Made by a program: the position numbers and the translations under genes. From contig NC_057750.1 of the NCBI RefSeq assembly GCF_004010195.1, positions 15,750,545-15,814,544 of the forward strand: a DNA stretch of 64,000 nt, read 5' to 3'. Origin of the DNA: Chiloscyllium plagiosum (taxonomy: Eukaryota). Below are positions 50,946-63,273 of the stretch, piece by piece. Below the pieces are notes generated by a model, which was given only the letters and a program-made list of their open reading frames with translations, was not told the origin of the DNA and ran no database searches. Numbering within the stretch: the stretch's first letter is position 1; the number at the start of each line of letters is the position of its first letter.

Positions 50946-52349
50946 ACACATCCTGTAGGATGGCCTGTGGATAACTCTCTTGCATCGTAGGGGCTGCAAT
51001 AAGTAACCCTCCCATCTTGATATGGCTGCTATAAGTTACCCCCCATGATGTAGGGGGTGCTGAGACTGGCCATCCCATCTTGTAGGAGGCAGTAATCTTG
51101 CTGAAAATATGAAGGAAAAGGAAATATAAAGTGACCTACTTCAGGGCAGGTGCTGTGCTAAATTCCCCATTTCCTCCTCAATTTGGATTAATTCTAAAAT
51201 ATCACACTTACAAATTCATCAGCAGCAGGTTTCAAGACAACCAGTGAAGGTTCAGCCCACTCTTATTGTTCCTGGACAGAACCGCAGTCAGATCCACAAA
51301 GGAGATCCATTTACACCCATTGACCAGGAGATGTCAGCAAATGCAATCCCTCCAAGTTGTGAAGTTATTGGTTTTACAGAATTATCAGATACTGTATGGC
51401 TGCGAGACCATTCAGTCAGCTTGAACTAGTTTCATTATTCTTTGGATCATAGAATTATTACAGCCCAGGAAAAGGCCATTCAGCCCATTGTATCTGTACC
51501 AAATCTCTGGAAGAGTAACTCCCCCAGTCCCATATCTATGCCCTTTCTCTATAGCACTACAAATTATGAACATTTTCAGAGTGTTAACCAATTCCCTGAA
51601 TCCTCCCGTTTAATCAGCCACCACCATATCCCAAGGCAGGCAGTAAATGTGGGAGAGATTCCTGTTCAGCCATGGGATGGAGAGGCCTCTCCCATCACTA
51701 TGCATAGCATAAGGTTGCAATATGAATGGAAAAGGGTAGGTTGCTACAGCAACTTGGATTCCCTAAATGAATAGTTACACATCACCAATGCATTGCAATA
51801 GCGACCACAATTGAAAAGTATTTCATTGGCTGCTTTGGGATTTCCTGAGGTTCTGGATAAATGCAAGTACTTCCGAGAATATAGTCAATTCACAATATTG
51901 CTCTCTTCTTATTTGATTACAACCCACTGTTTCACTTTGTGGTGGGACTTTCCTGACATTTGGTCACATGCTGCTACTACCCGGTTGATTCTGGAGGTTG
52001 GTGCTCCTCATACCTACATTTATGGAGTCACTAACTGTCCTCACTCTGTCTGGGAATCACTAAGGGAAACGTACTGATGGATAAGGAGAAAGGTTAAAGT
52101 TGTGAAGCATGTCTGGGCCAGGTGTTGGGCTACAGTAGTAACAGCACAGATTACTGGAAGATAGTAATGGAGAGGTAACAGTGATCCAGGCGACCAGATC
52201 AGTGCTTTTAGGATGACCCCTCAAACTCTAATAGCTGGTGGAATTTAAGATCAATAAATAAATCAGGAATTGAAAGCTAGTTTCAGTAAAGGTGACTGTG
52301 AAACAATGATCAATTGTTGTAAAAATCCATCTGATTGTTTCACTGATCA

Positions 52350-52857
52350 GAGAATCCCTACAGTGTGGAAGCAGACCATTTGGCCCATTGAGTCCACACT
52401 TGGACTGTGGAAATGGGAGCAAATTTACACAGACATAGGGAGAATGTGCAAACTCCACACAAACCCCAAATTCCCTACAGTATGGAAACAGGTCCTTCAG
52501 CCCAACAAGTCCACACCAACTCTCCAAAGAACAACCCACCCAGACCCATTCCCCCACCCCATATTTACCCCTGCCTAATGCATCTAACACTATGGGCAAT
52601 TTAGCATGGCCAATTCATCTAACCTGCACATCTTTGGATTGTGGGAGGAAACCGGAGCACCCGGAGGGGACCCACATAGACACGGGGAGAATGTGCAAAC
52701 CACGCAGACAGTTGCCTGAGGTAGGACTTGAACCCAGGTCCCTGGCGCTCTGAGGCAGCAGTGCTAACCACTGAATCACTGTGCCGCCCCAACTAAGGCT
52801 GGAATTGAACCCAAATCTCTGGCACTGTGAGGTAGCAGTGCTAATCACTGAGCCACC
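52350..52857 (-). mobile_element. HE1 SINE (about 52470-52789) nested in an older HE1, both inside a second-family SINE
   Basis: Two HE1 tails (52350, 52470) and two heads (52789, 52857); host SINE resumes at about 52895. Confidence 0.75.
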
Positions 52858-53091
52858 CATGATGTCTTTTGACTGGAAATTGTCCCTACACATCATTCCA
52901 GACCCACAGCAATGCAGTTGTGTCTTAATTTGGTCTGAAGTGGCCTCATAATCTGCTCAATTCAAAGGCGGTTAGAGTTGTACTTGCCAGTGGTGTTCAC
53001 ATCTCATGACAGAGTGCATTTTAAAATTAGTTAGAAAAATTTACTATTAGTAGTCTAGATGAATTAAATGAAATGAGTTGAAGTATCTTAT

Positions 53092-54085
53092 TGTTATAAA
53101 GCAGAGGTTGACCCTCACTCTGAGAACTAAAACCGAAACACCCAAAAAGGAGTGCTTCGCCCGATAATCTGCAAAAGGACTGGGAAAGTGGTATAACCTG
53201 CTTTTCAGCAACTTCTAGTGGTTAATTAAAATAAATCCATGACACTCACTTTAAAATCAACAAGTAACAATTTATTTGTCTAACTCTAACATTGAACAAA
53301 TTAACAAAATTATTAACAAACCAAATAAATTCATTCCAACTACAAACTACTCCTGAATAAAGCAAGATTCTAATTGGTAGCTGTTCCAATAAATGGAAGT
53401 CGCACTCAGATAAGAAAATAGAATTTAGTCTCTCAAAATTTCAGCCAGGTTATGAGTCTTCCAGAATGTTCTGTGCCTTCTCCATGAGGTCTTCTGTCAG
53501 GAATACTTCTCCCTTGATTCTTCTGTCAGGAATGCCTTCTCCATTGTTGATACCGTTGTTATTTAGATGGTGTTTTCTCTAAGACATAGAGGAGGCTGTG
53601 AGAGCCAGCATTCTCTCACGAGCTGAGAGCTGTTAGTTCCGGCAGATGGCAGCTTGCTCTACAGGCTTAGTCCACCTACCCCCTTCTTTTATACCCTTGA
53701 AGACATGTCAATATTTCTCACAATAGGATTGGTCCTATGTTGTCAAAACCAACAGATTAAAATTTAATAGATTTTTTGGTATCTAAGTACCTGGTTCAAA
53801 TTGATCGGCTTAATTTAAAAGTCTGTTATCTTGGTAAAAACTGCTGCTTAGCCTGCTAACTCTATGGCCTTTTGATACAAATGGTTCAGTTCAGGCGCTC
53901 TGTGTACTTGCAGACTTTTATGCTGCTGCTCACAGACAACCATTTGAAATTTGTAAGCACAGAAAAACTACATGATCCTTTAAAGAGACCATGCAATGCT
54001 TTCCCCCACCTCCCAGCACTTTACAAACTCCAATTTCTAACTTTCTGCCTCCCAGTCTACAAGTACTCTACCCAACTTCACAACA
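53092..54085 (-). mobile_element. Possible solo LTR
   Basis: TGT...ACA ends; on the minus strand CCAAT (53728-53732), TATAAAA (53687-53693) and AATAAA (53271-53276) in U3-R-U5 order; flanks tcttat and tctaat match 5 of 6. Confidence 0.35.
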
Positions 54086-54092
54086 TCTAATC

Positions 54093-55944
54093 TTGCTTGT
54101 GGGTATGTTCATCGAGCTGGGAAGTTGATTCGCAGACATTTCATCCCCTGTCTCAGTGACATCTTCAGTGCTTGGAGCCTCCTGTGAAGCACTGTTCGAC
54201 TGTGTCTTCTGGCTCTGTTCGTGCTGCTTTTGGTTGCTGGTTCAGGTTGTCTGTTGTAGTAGCAGTATATTGGGTCCAGGTCTATGTGTTTGTTGATTGA
54301 GTCCGTGGATGAGTGCCATGTGTCTAGAAATTCTCTGGCTATCCTATGTTTAGCTTGTCCTATGATCACTGTGTTGTCCCAATCGAATTTGTGGTCCTTG
54401 TCATCTGTGTGTGTGTGTGGCTACTAGGACAGCTGGCCGTGGTGTTTAGTGGCTAGTTGGTGTTCATGGGTGCAGATTGCTCGTTGTCTGCCTGTTTGTC
54501 CTATATAGTGTTTCGTGCAGTCTCTGTATGGAATCTTGTAATTGTGTTTGTCTTGCACATGATGGGTACAGGGTCCTTTGTCGTGATGAGCTGTTGTCTG
54601 AGCTTGGGCTGTCGGTTTATGGGCTGTCATGAATCTGATGGTTGGAGAAGGCTGGCTGTAAGTTCCAAGACGATTTTTATGTAAGGTAGCGTGGCTAGTG
54701 TGTTGGGTCATGGTATGTCCTCGTCAAGTTGTTTGTCTGTTAGGTATCTGCGGATGAAGTTGCGGGGATATCAGTTCTTGGCAAATACTCTGTAGAGGTG
54801 TTCTTCTTCTTCCCTTCATAGGTCAGAAGTGCTGGAGTGTGTTGTAGCCCTTTTGAACAGGGTCCTAATGCAGCTTCTCTTCTGTATGTTTGGGTGGTTG
54901 CTGTTGTAGTTCAGGATCCAGTCCATGTGTGTAGCTTTCCTGTACACTTTTGTGATGCATTCACCATTCTGTGTTCTTTGTACCATCACATCCAGGAATG
55001 GACATTGAATGTTGGTTTCCTCCTCTCTCGTAAATCTGAACCCTGTGAGTATGGTGTTGATATCTGTTGTGTATTCTCAATTTCTGTTCCATCAATGACA
55101 ACAAATGATCAGAGTTTGGGTTGGATTTGTGGTGGGGGGGCTGTTTGTTCCAGTCTTTGCGTCACTGTTTCTGCTATGAGCCCAGAGGTGGGTAAGCCCA
55201 TAGGTGTTCCATCGACCGGTTCATATATTTGGTTGTTGAATGTAAAGTGTGTCATCAAGCTTAGGCCTAGTAGTTCATCCACAGCTTCATCAGCAGATGC
55301 CTAACAGACAACCAACACAACAAGGACATGCCATGACCTAACACGCTAACCACTCTATACAAAAGACATCTCGGAACTGACAGCCAGCCTTTTCCAACCA
55401 CTTGAATTCATGACAGCCCATAAACTGACAGCCACACTCAGACAACAACTCACCAGAACAAAAAACCTGATACTCATCATGAGCAAGATAAACATAATTT
55501 ACAAGATTCCATGCAAAGACTGCAGGAAACACTATATAGGACAAACAGGCAGAAAACTAGCAATCTGCATCCACGAACACCATCTAAATACCATGACCAG
55601 CTGTCTCTAGTAGCCACACACACAGATGACAAGGACCACAAATTCGACTAGGACAATACAACGATCCTAGGACAAGCTAAACATAGGACAGCCAGAGAAT
55701 TTCTAGAAGCGTGGCACTCAACTACGGACTTAATCAGCAAACACATAGACCTGGACCTAATATACTGGCCACTACAACGAATAAATGGAACCAGCAACTA
55801 GAAGCAGCAGGAATGGAACCAGCACAGCAGCACTTCACAGGAGGCTCCAAAGTGCTGAAGATGTCACTTAGGCAAGGGACGAAATGTCTGCAAATCAACT
55901 TCCCAGCTCTGCAAACAGATCCACAACGTGCAAACCTTGAACTT
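54093..55944. mobile_element. Penelope-like element family C, two inverted arms (about 54093-55265 minus, 55280-55944 plus), RT C-terminus plus GIY-YIG
   Basis: YKIPYRDCTKHYIGQTGR and YKIPCKDCRKHYIGQTGRKLAICIHEH on opposite strands; GTPMGLP RT remnant near 55200; candidate TSD atctaatc at 54085-54092 and 55945-55952. Confidence 0.88.
55852..55891 (+). ncRNA. Minimal hammerhead motif of PLE family C; mirror copy on the minus strand at about 54132-54171
   Basis: ctgaaga-tgtc...gac-gaaa-tgtc-tgc; the minus copy has stem I gca/tgc. Confidence 0.65.
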
Positions 55945-56019
55945 ATCTAATCAAATCTGCCATGCAAAATTATGCCTAACTACCTTTGGGGAAGGCTTAG
56001 ATTTTGCTAATGAAATACT

Positions 56020-56435
56020 TTGCTGGGGCTGTTTTCCCTGGTGCGTCGGAGGCTGAGGGGTGACCTTATAGAGGTTTATAAAATCATGAGGGGCATGGAT
56101 AGGATAAATAGACAAAGTCTTTACCCTGGGCTGGGGGAGTCCAGAACTAGAGGCCATAGGTTTAGGGTGAGAGGGGAAAGATATAAAAGAGACCAAAGAG
56201 GCAACCTTTTCACGCAGAAGGTGATACGTGTATGGAATGAGCTGCCAGAAGAAGTGGTGAAGGCTAGTACAATTGCAACATTTAAAAGTCATCTGGATGA
56301 GTATATGAATAGGAAAGGTTTGGAGGGATATGGGCTAGGTGCTGGCAGGTGGGACTAGATTGAGTTGGGATATCTGGTTGGCATGGACATGTTGGATCGA
56401 AGAGTCTGTTTCTGTGCTGTACACCTCTATGACTC
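56020..56435 (+). mobile_element. CR1 LINE 3' end (another at 57410-57662)
   Basis: RRLRGDLIEVYKIMRGMDR..TRGHRFRVRGERYKRD; ctctatgactct tail. Confidence 0.92.
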
Positions 56436-57169
56436 TAAGACTTAAGCAACTCAGGCTCAGCACAAAATGGTTAACCTCTGTCTGATCTTTACAATGAATA
56501 GCAATCAGGACACCAGAGAACACAGAACTGGAGGGCAAAGCAATTCTCTTGGCATTTTCTACTTAGGTTTGTCTCTTAACATTTGATCATTTCCTGCTTT
56601 TCTGACCAATTTTCATATTTAAAACATGAACAAATAATTCTTTCTGCTGTCTTAGCAATTCTCTGTTTTTTTGCAAAATCACTAGGGAGTATCCCAGCAA
56701 AGCCTGGTGTGAGTTAGCCTTCCAAAGATTGAAAAGCTGTTTGATTCACATTATGCTTGAGCAGATTATGAGGCCATTTCAGAGGGCAGTTAAGACTCAG
56801 TTGCATTGCTGTAGGTCTGGATTCATGTGTAGGGCAAATTCCCAGTCAAAGGACATTAGTGAATCAATCAGATGGATTTTTATGACAATTGATCATCTTT
56901 AATGACACTAGCTTTCAATTCCAGGTTTATTGATTGAAGTCAAAATCCACCAGCTATTAAGATTTGAGGTCGTGTTCTAACTGACTTGGTCATCTGTCTA
57001 GTGATATTACATTTCCCCTATGTCTCCCGATAATCTGTGTTGTTTCTACTATAGCCAAATACCTAGCCCAGACTTCCTTCACAACTTTAATCTTTCTCTT
57101 TATCATCAGTCACAAAACAGCACGATATCAATATAAATCTTTCTTCATTGCTTCGAGGTTCAGTTGTTT

Positions 57170-57815
57170 ATAGCACTCTGAACTCTGAATCATAAGGTTT
57201 CGGCTTCAAGTGGGACTCCAGGGCTTTTGAGTACCGAGATCCAGGCTGACATTCCAGTGTGGTACTGAGGGAGCGCTGTAATGTCAGAGCTGGAATATTA
57301 TATCGAAGTTCCAAATGGTTGTAAAAGATGCTGTGCCACTATTTTGAAGAAAGTAGTGTAGTCCTGGCCAATTTTTATTCCTCCATCAACATCACAAAAA
57401 CAGTTTATATAAAAGGGACCTGAGGGGCAATGTTTTCACGCATTGGGTAGTGAATATATGGAATGAGCTACCAGAGGAAGTAGTGGACGCAAATTTACAG
57501 CATTTAAAAGGCATCTGGATGGGTATATGAATAGGAAGGGTTTAGAGGGATATGGGCCAAGTGCTGGAAAAAGGGACTAGATTAGGTTAGAATATCTGGT
57601 CTGCATGGACAAGTTGGACCGAAGGGTCTGTTTCCATGCTGTATATTTCTATGACTCTATGACATTGCTGATTGTGGGAGCTTTCTGTGCACAATTTGCT
57701 GAGGTACCAACATTGTGACAATGACGACACTTACAAAAAAGTATGTCATTGGCTGTAAAGTACTTTGTGAAATCCAGTAGACATGAAAGGTGTTGTACAA
57801 ATGCATACCCTTTCT
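57170..57815 (+). mobile_element. DeuSINE-like element interrupted by a CR1 3' end (57410-57662)
   Basis: aggctgacattccagtgtggtactgagggagcgctg; resumes with cattgctgattgtgggagc...cattggctgtaaagtactttg after the CR1. Confidence 0.55.
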
Positions 57816-58859
57816 TTCTCCCCCTGGACAGGCAAACAAGAATACAGGTAGAAATTAATTTTCACTTATTGTACCACACAGTGACAGACAGTAAATCTAG
57901 CAAGTTACAGAAGTTAAGCTGAACTCTTTCATCCGTTGTTTTGAATCAGGCCGATTGGATATTGTTTGTGATTACCTCAAATCTTGAAGCGTATTTTAAA
58001 TAAAGCTTTGGAATACTATCAGTTTTGAGATGAAAGCTACATTAATCATGAGGAGTTAAATATTACTAAGTAATTGAAATACATTGTAGCACTGACCAAG
58101 TTTTTATTTTGCTTCCTGTTTTCAAGGCAAACAAAGGGAGCCAGAGTCTAATTTTATTTGAAAAGGAAACATGAATTCCTCAGGAAATCCTTTGAGGTAT
58201 CCAGAACATTTCCAAAAAACATCAGATGCGCGGGCATATCAGAACTGAAAGGACAGGAGGAGGCCATTCAAGTGCCTTCAACTGTTCAATTAGATCATTT
58301 CCGATCTGTATCTTTGACCCTATTTCTCTGCCTTGTTTCCATATCCCTTAAAACTATATCCAGTGACGTCTGCACCTTGTGAAAGAACTTCTAAAAAAAT
58401 TACATCCTTGCCTGGTTGACAGCTGCAGTAGTAAACAGTAAATGTTAATAGATGTAGTGTACATGCAGAGGAATTAAAGATCAAAAAACCTGTAAAGACT
58501 AAACTGCAAAAATGCATGCAGACTTTTGAAGCATTCTGTTGTTCAAGACAAATAGGAGCATTGCCTCACAATCTTAAATATAATACAATACAGCACAGGA
58601 ACAGGCCCTTCGGCCCATCAAGTCTGCACTGACTCTTAATCCTTACTTAGACCCACTACTTATTATTCTTATGCAGTTTCCATCCCTCTGTTCTTGTTGA
58701 ACTTGATACTGAGTCTGGAAGGACTGATTAAAAGAAAGACATTCCTTCAGCTTTGCTGAAGATTTATTGAACAGTGCCAAGGATAGGGAGATCAGGCTAG
58801 TCCTCTGCCCTGTAGCCATCTCTCTATCCCCATCCACCCTGCCTGACAACTATTTTCTG

Positions 58860-59410
58860 AACTCCTTCGAGTTTCACAACATCCTTCCTATAGCAGGGAG
58901 ACCAGAATTGCATGCCAGAGTCCAAACGTGGCCTAACCAGTGTCCTGTACAGCCACAATATGACCTCTCAACTCCTACACTCAATGCGCCGCCTTCTTGA
59001 ACTGTCCTACCTGTCCATCTTCCTTCCCTCCTATCCGTTCTGACCTATCACCATTACACCCCACCTTCATCTACCAATCGCATTCCTAGCTACCTTCCCC
59101 CAGCCCCAACCCTGTCCCATTTATCTCTCAACCCCCCTTGGCACGTACACTCCATTGCCCACTCCCATTCCTGATGAAGAGCTTATGCTCTCCTGCTCCT
59201 CGGATGCTGCCTGACTGGCTGTGCTTTTCCAGCACCACATTTCTTTTGGCATTGACCAATAAAGGAAAGCATACCAAACGCCTTCTTCACTATCCTGTCT
59301 ACCTGTGACTCCACTTTCAAGTAACTATGAACCTGCACTCTTTGTTTAGCAACACACCCCAGGACCTTGTTACTAAGTGTATAAGTCCTGCCCTGATTTG
59401 CCTTGTTCAC
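58860..59410. mobile_element. CR1 fragment (minus) with nested family A PLE 3' end (about 58990-59245, plus)
   Basis: QVDRIVKKAFGMLSFIGQ on the minus strand is interrupted by the cctgatgaagagcttatgc...ttttccagcaccac terminus. Confidence 0.75.
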
Positions 59411-61288
59411 TTGTAAAAGCTCTTCTAGTGAAAACAAAACTCTATACGCACCAGAAATGTTCTCTGTCATACAGCTTTTAAAACAAACCCCACCATGAAT
59501 ACAAAAATGTTTGTAAGCATTTAAACTCCTTCAGACACATAGCCCAAAACCCACATGCCACTAGCTCAAACCTCCAGAATGAACAATGTTGAAATGTAGA
59601 TAAATCATAAACTTTACATTACACTTCCTTAAAAAAGAAGACAAAAACTTAGTACAGAATATCAAGGTGTGGTGTTATTAAAGTGTAGTTCCATCTAAAC
59701 CCCACTCAAACATAACAGAAGTCTTTATTCCTGAACTCCACCCCCCTGGAATAAAAAACCCTCGATCCAATCCAGTAAAATAACAGTCTTACGACTGACT
59801 TAGAGCATATTATTCATATCACTTTAAAAGCTCATCATCTACAAGATATAATGACCTCACTATGATCCTTATCAATGGATTTCCCCATCGGAACATTTCC
59901 CAATGCCAGGGAAAGGCAACTTCCGACGGGATTCACCTAATAATAAAAGCAATAGGATGGGGAGAAAAGCATAAAATCACTACTCAAAAGAGGTCAGGAT
60001 TAAAGCAGGGAGTCAGACAGATGGCAGCAGACCTCAGTGATACCCTCTTACACAACAGGAACAGAAAATCTCAACGTTGCAATAATATCAGCTTAATGCA
60101 GAAGTTAGGAACGAGGACAATATCTTGTCGGTGGTTAGGGGAAGGAAATCCCTGTTTAGCACAAAAGCTCTCACTTTGTTTGGAAAGAGGTTTACCCTGG
60201 AGCTTTGGCCATTTTTAGATGCACTGTTCTTAAGATAGTTGAACCAGCAGCCCCTTTCATTAAAACTGAATTCCAATAAAATGTCTGAAGCTGAATAGGT
60301 CACTTGCATCCCAGAGCACCTAACACAGCCCTCCGATTCGGTTCCACATTTTGATAAGGTGATGGCTGATCTGATGATCTCAACTTCAGTTTTCTGTCTG
60401 CATCCCATAGCCTTTGATTCCCTACTCACTCAAGAATGTGTCTCACTCATTGAACAAATTCAATGGTACGGCCCCCATTGCTTTCTGTGAAAGATAATTC
60501 TACAGGCATAAAAGCCTCCCAGAGAAAAGAGTCTCCTCATTTCTGTCTGAATCTTAAACTATGTAGCCTCCCCACCTCATCTTCCCCACAAGAGAAAATG
60601 CCCTCTCTGTACATACCTTGTTAAACCACCCATAGGATCTTGGATGCTATAATAAAGTCACTTCTGCTTTTTTTAAACTGCAATGGTTACTCAATCTTTC
60701 TTCATAAGAAAATCCCTTTTTCCCAGGAATGAGCTGAGTGAGCATTCTCTGAACTGCTTCTAATATAATTATATCTTTTTTACAAGTAGGGAGCTAAATA
60801 AAGGAATGAAGGAAAGGAGGGAATGGATGACCACCTAGTATTCAAAGAAAAATAGGCAGGTAGTGCTGGAGATCCCTGGGGTCCTGCTCACAAATCGGTT
60901 TTCCATTCTGGAAGCTGAGAAAGTTGCTGGCACCACAAGGGAGTGCAGTCAGATCCAGGCTTCTAGCATCACAAGCAGCCTGATTATACAGGAGAAGGAT
61001 GAAGAAGAAAGCAGGGGCGATAATGATAGGGGATTCATTAGTGACGTATTTCAGACAGGTGTTTCTGAGGCTGTAGATGTGACTCCAGGTTGGTGTGTTG
61101 CTTCTCATGTGTCAGGTTCAGGGATGTCACTGAGTGGCTACAGGACATCCTGAAGGGGTCGTGATGCACATTGGTACCAACGATATAGGTAGAACCAGGG
61201 AAGAGGTCTTGCCTCAAAACTTCAGGGAGTTAGGCAGTAGATTAAGAAGCTGGACCTCTAAGGTTATAACCTCAGCATTACTCCCCTT

Positions 61289-61437
61289 GTCAAAAAGTGT
61301 GATGCTGGAAAAGCACAGTGGTCAGGCAGCAAAACATTGACTCTCCTGCTCCTTGGATGCTGCCTGACCGGCTGTGCTTTTCCAGCAACACACCTTTTGA
61401 CTCTGACCTCCAGCATCTGCAGTCCTCACTTTCTCCT
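61289..61437. mobile_element. Family A PLE-derived inverted insertion in CR1 ORF1
   Basis: gctggaaaagcacag..ggtcaggcagc pairs with gctgcctgacc..ctgtgcttttccagc; flanking direct repeat 61277-61292 and 61438-61453 matches 14 of 16. Confidence 0.8.
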
Positions 61438-63155
61438 ATTACTCCTCATGTCATAGGCTAGCGAGCAGAGAAACAGGAGAGTGCATGGCATGAGGAGGGC
61501 GGATTTTAGATTCTTGGATCACTGGGACCATTTCTGGGGATGATGGGACCTCTACAATGGGATAGAGAGATAGGTTCTTGAGCACCAAAGGCATCAAAGT
61601 GTTACAGGGAGAAGGCGGGAGAATGGGTTTGAGAAACTTATCAGTCATGATTGAATGGCAGCACAGGCTCAATGGGCTGAATGGCCCTAGTTCCTGCTCC
61701 GATGTATTATGGTCTTATGGTCAGTCTGAAACTGAACCAGAAAGGGACCAACATCCTTGCAGGAGGATCTGGTAGTTCTGCAGAGAGGAGTTGCAGTAGG
61801 GCAGGGGTCACAGTGCATGTGTTCAATAGCAACACAGTATAACTTAGAAATGGAACCAAGAAAGAGCGAGTTCAGGCATGTGGTTGTCTCCAGGGAAAAA
61901 GGCAAAGCTGGATGGCCTCTACTTTAATGTTGGGGGAATGAAGGGTAATAACCAGATGGGTTATGGGCATGGATTGACAAATGGAACTGTAATGTTGTTA
62001 CCAACACAGAGGGACCTGACTGGCAACTTAACATTCCATAATTCGGGAAGCAAGGGGAAGGGTGTAAAAGTAGAAGTGGTGTTGTATTATTAGTTAGGGA
62101 GACAGTTACTGCAGTAAGGACGGATGATATCTTGGAAGGGTTGTCAAAGGAGGCTTTATGGGTAGAATTTAGGAATTAAAATTGTGCAGTCGCACTGTTA
62201 GGATTGTATTATAGGCCAGCAAAAAGTCAACAGGCAATCGAGGAGCAGAAGATACGTAGCCAGTTCATTAAGGTGTATAAAAATAATACTAAAGTAATTA
62301 TATTAGGGGATTTCAATGATGTCAATATTAATTGGGATAATCATAGTATAAAGGGTTTTAAACGAGGCTGGGCTTTTCCCAGCATTTTTGAAATGTGCAC
62401 AGAAGAGCTTTTTATATTAATGTGTAGATGGTCCAAGAAGGGATGGTGAAGTGTTGGACCTAATTCTGGGAAACAAAGCTGGACAAATGTTCCAGGTGAA
62501 GTGAGGGAGCATTTTAATGAAAGCAACCACAACACCTTACACTTCAAATTTGTTATGGGAAAGGTGAAAGATGGTTTGCAAAAAAAGAGCTTTGAATTAG
62601 GGTAAGGCAGATTTTATTAAAATAAGGCAGGATCCGGCCAAAATTTAAATCTACAGCAGAACAGTTGAGAGGGATAGGGGACATTCAGAAAGATAAGGGA
62701 CAGACCCAACACCTTTTGGGTGAAATGTAAGAGCAATAGGTCCAGAGAACCCTCAATATCTAGGAATGTACAGGACTGGATAAAAAAGAAAAGAGAGACA
62801 TTTTAACAGGTACAAAGGGAACAAAACAATGGAGGTCTGAGATGAATTTAGGAAGTGCAAGGGGGAGCTCAAGAAAGCAATTAGGAGAACAAAAAGCTGG
62901 CATGAGAAAATGTTGGCAGGCAAGGTTGGGGATAATCCCAAAATAGTCTCCAAGTATTTCAAGGGGGAAGAGAATAACTAGGGAAAGAATAGGACCTATG
63001 AGGAACCCAGGTGCAATTTGTGCAGGAAGCCAGAGGACATTGGTAGAGTGTTAAATGAGATGTTTACATCTATCTCTACCTGAGAGAAGAAGAATGGCAA
63101 GTACAGAATTCAAGAAGATGGCCTGTGAAATTCTTGAGCAGATTGTTATAAAATG

Positions 63156-63273
63156 TTAAAAATCACACAACACCAGGTTATAGTCCAAGATACACCTGTT
63201 GGACTAGAACCTGGTATTGTATGATTTTTAACTTTGTCCATCTCAGTCCAACACCAGCACCTGCACATCGCGA
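63156..63273. mobile_element. Family B PLE-derived inverted insertion in CR1 ORF2
   Basis: Inverted arms around 63190; tataaaatg at 63147-63155 and 63274-63282. Confidence 0.8.
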
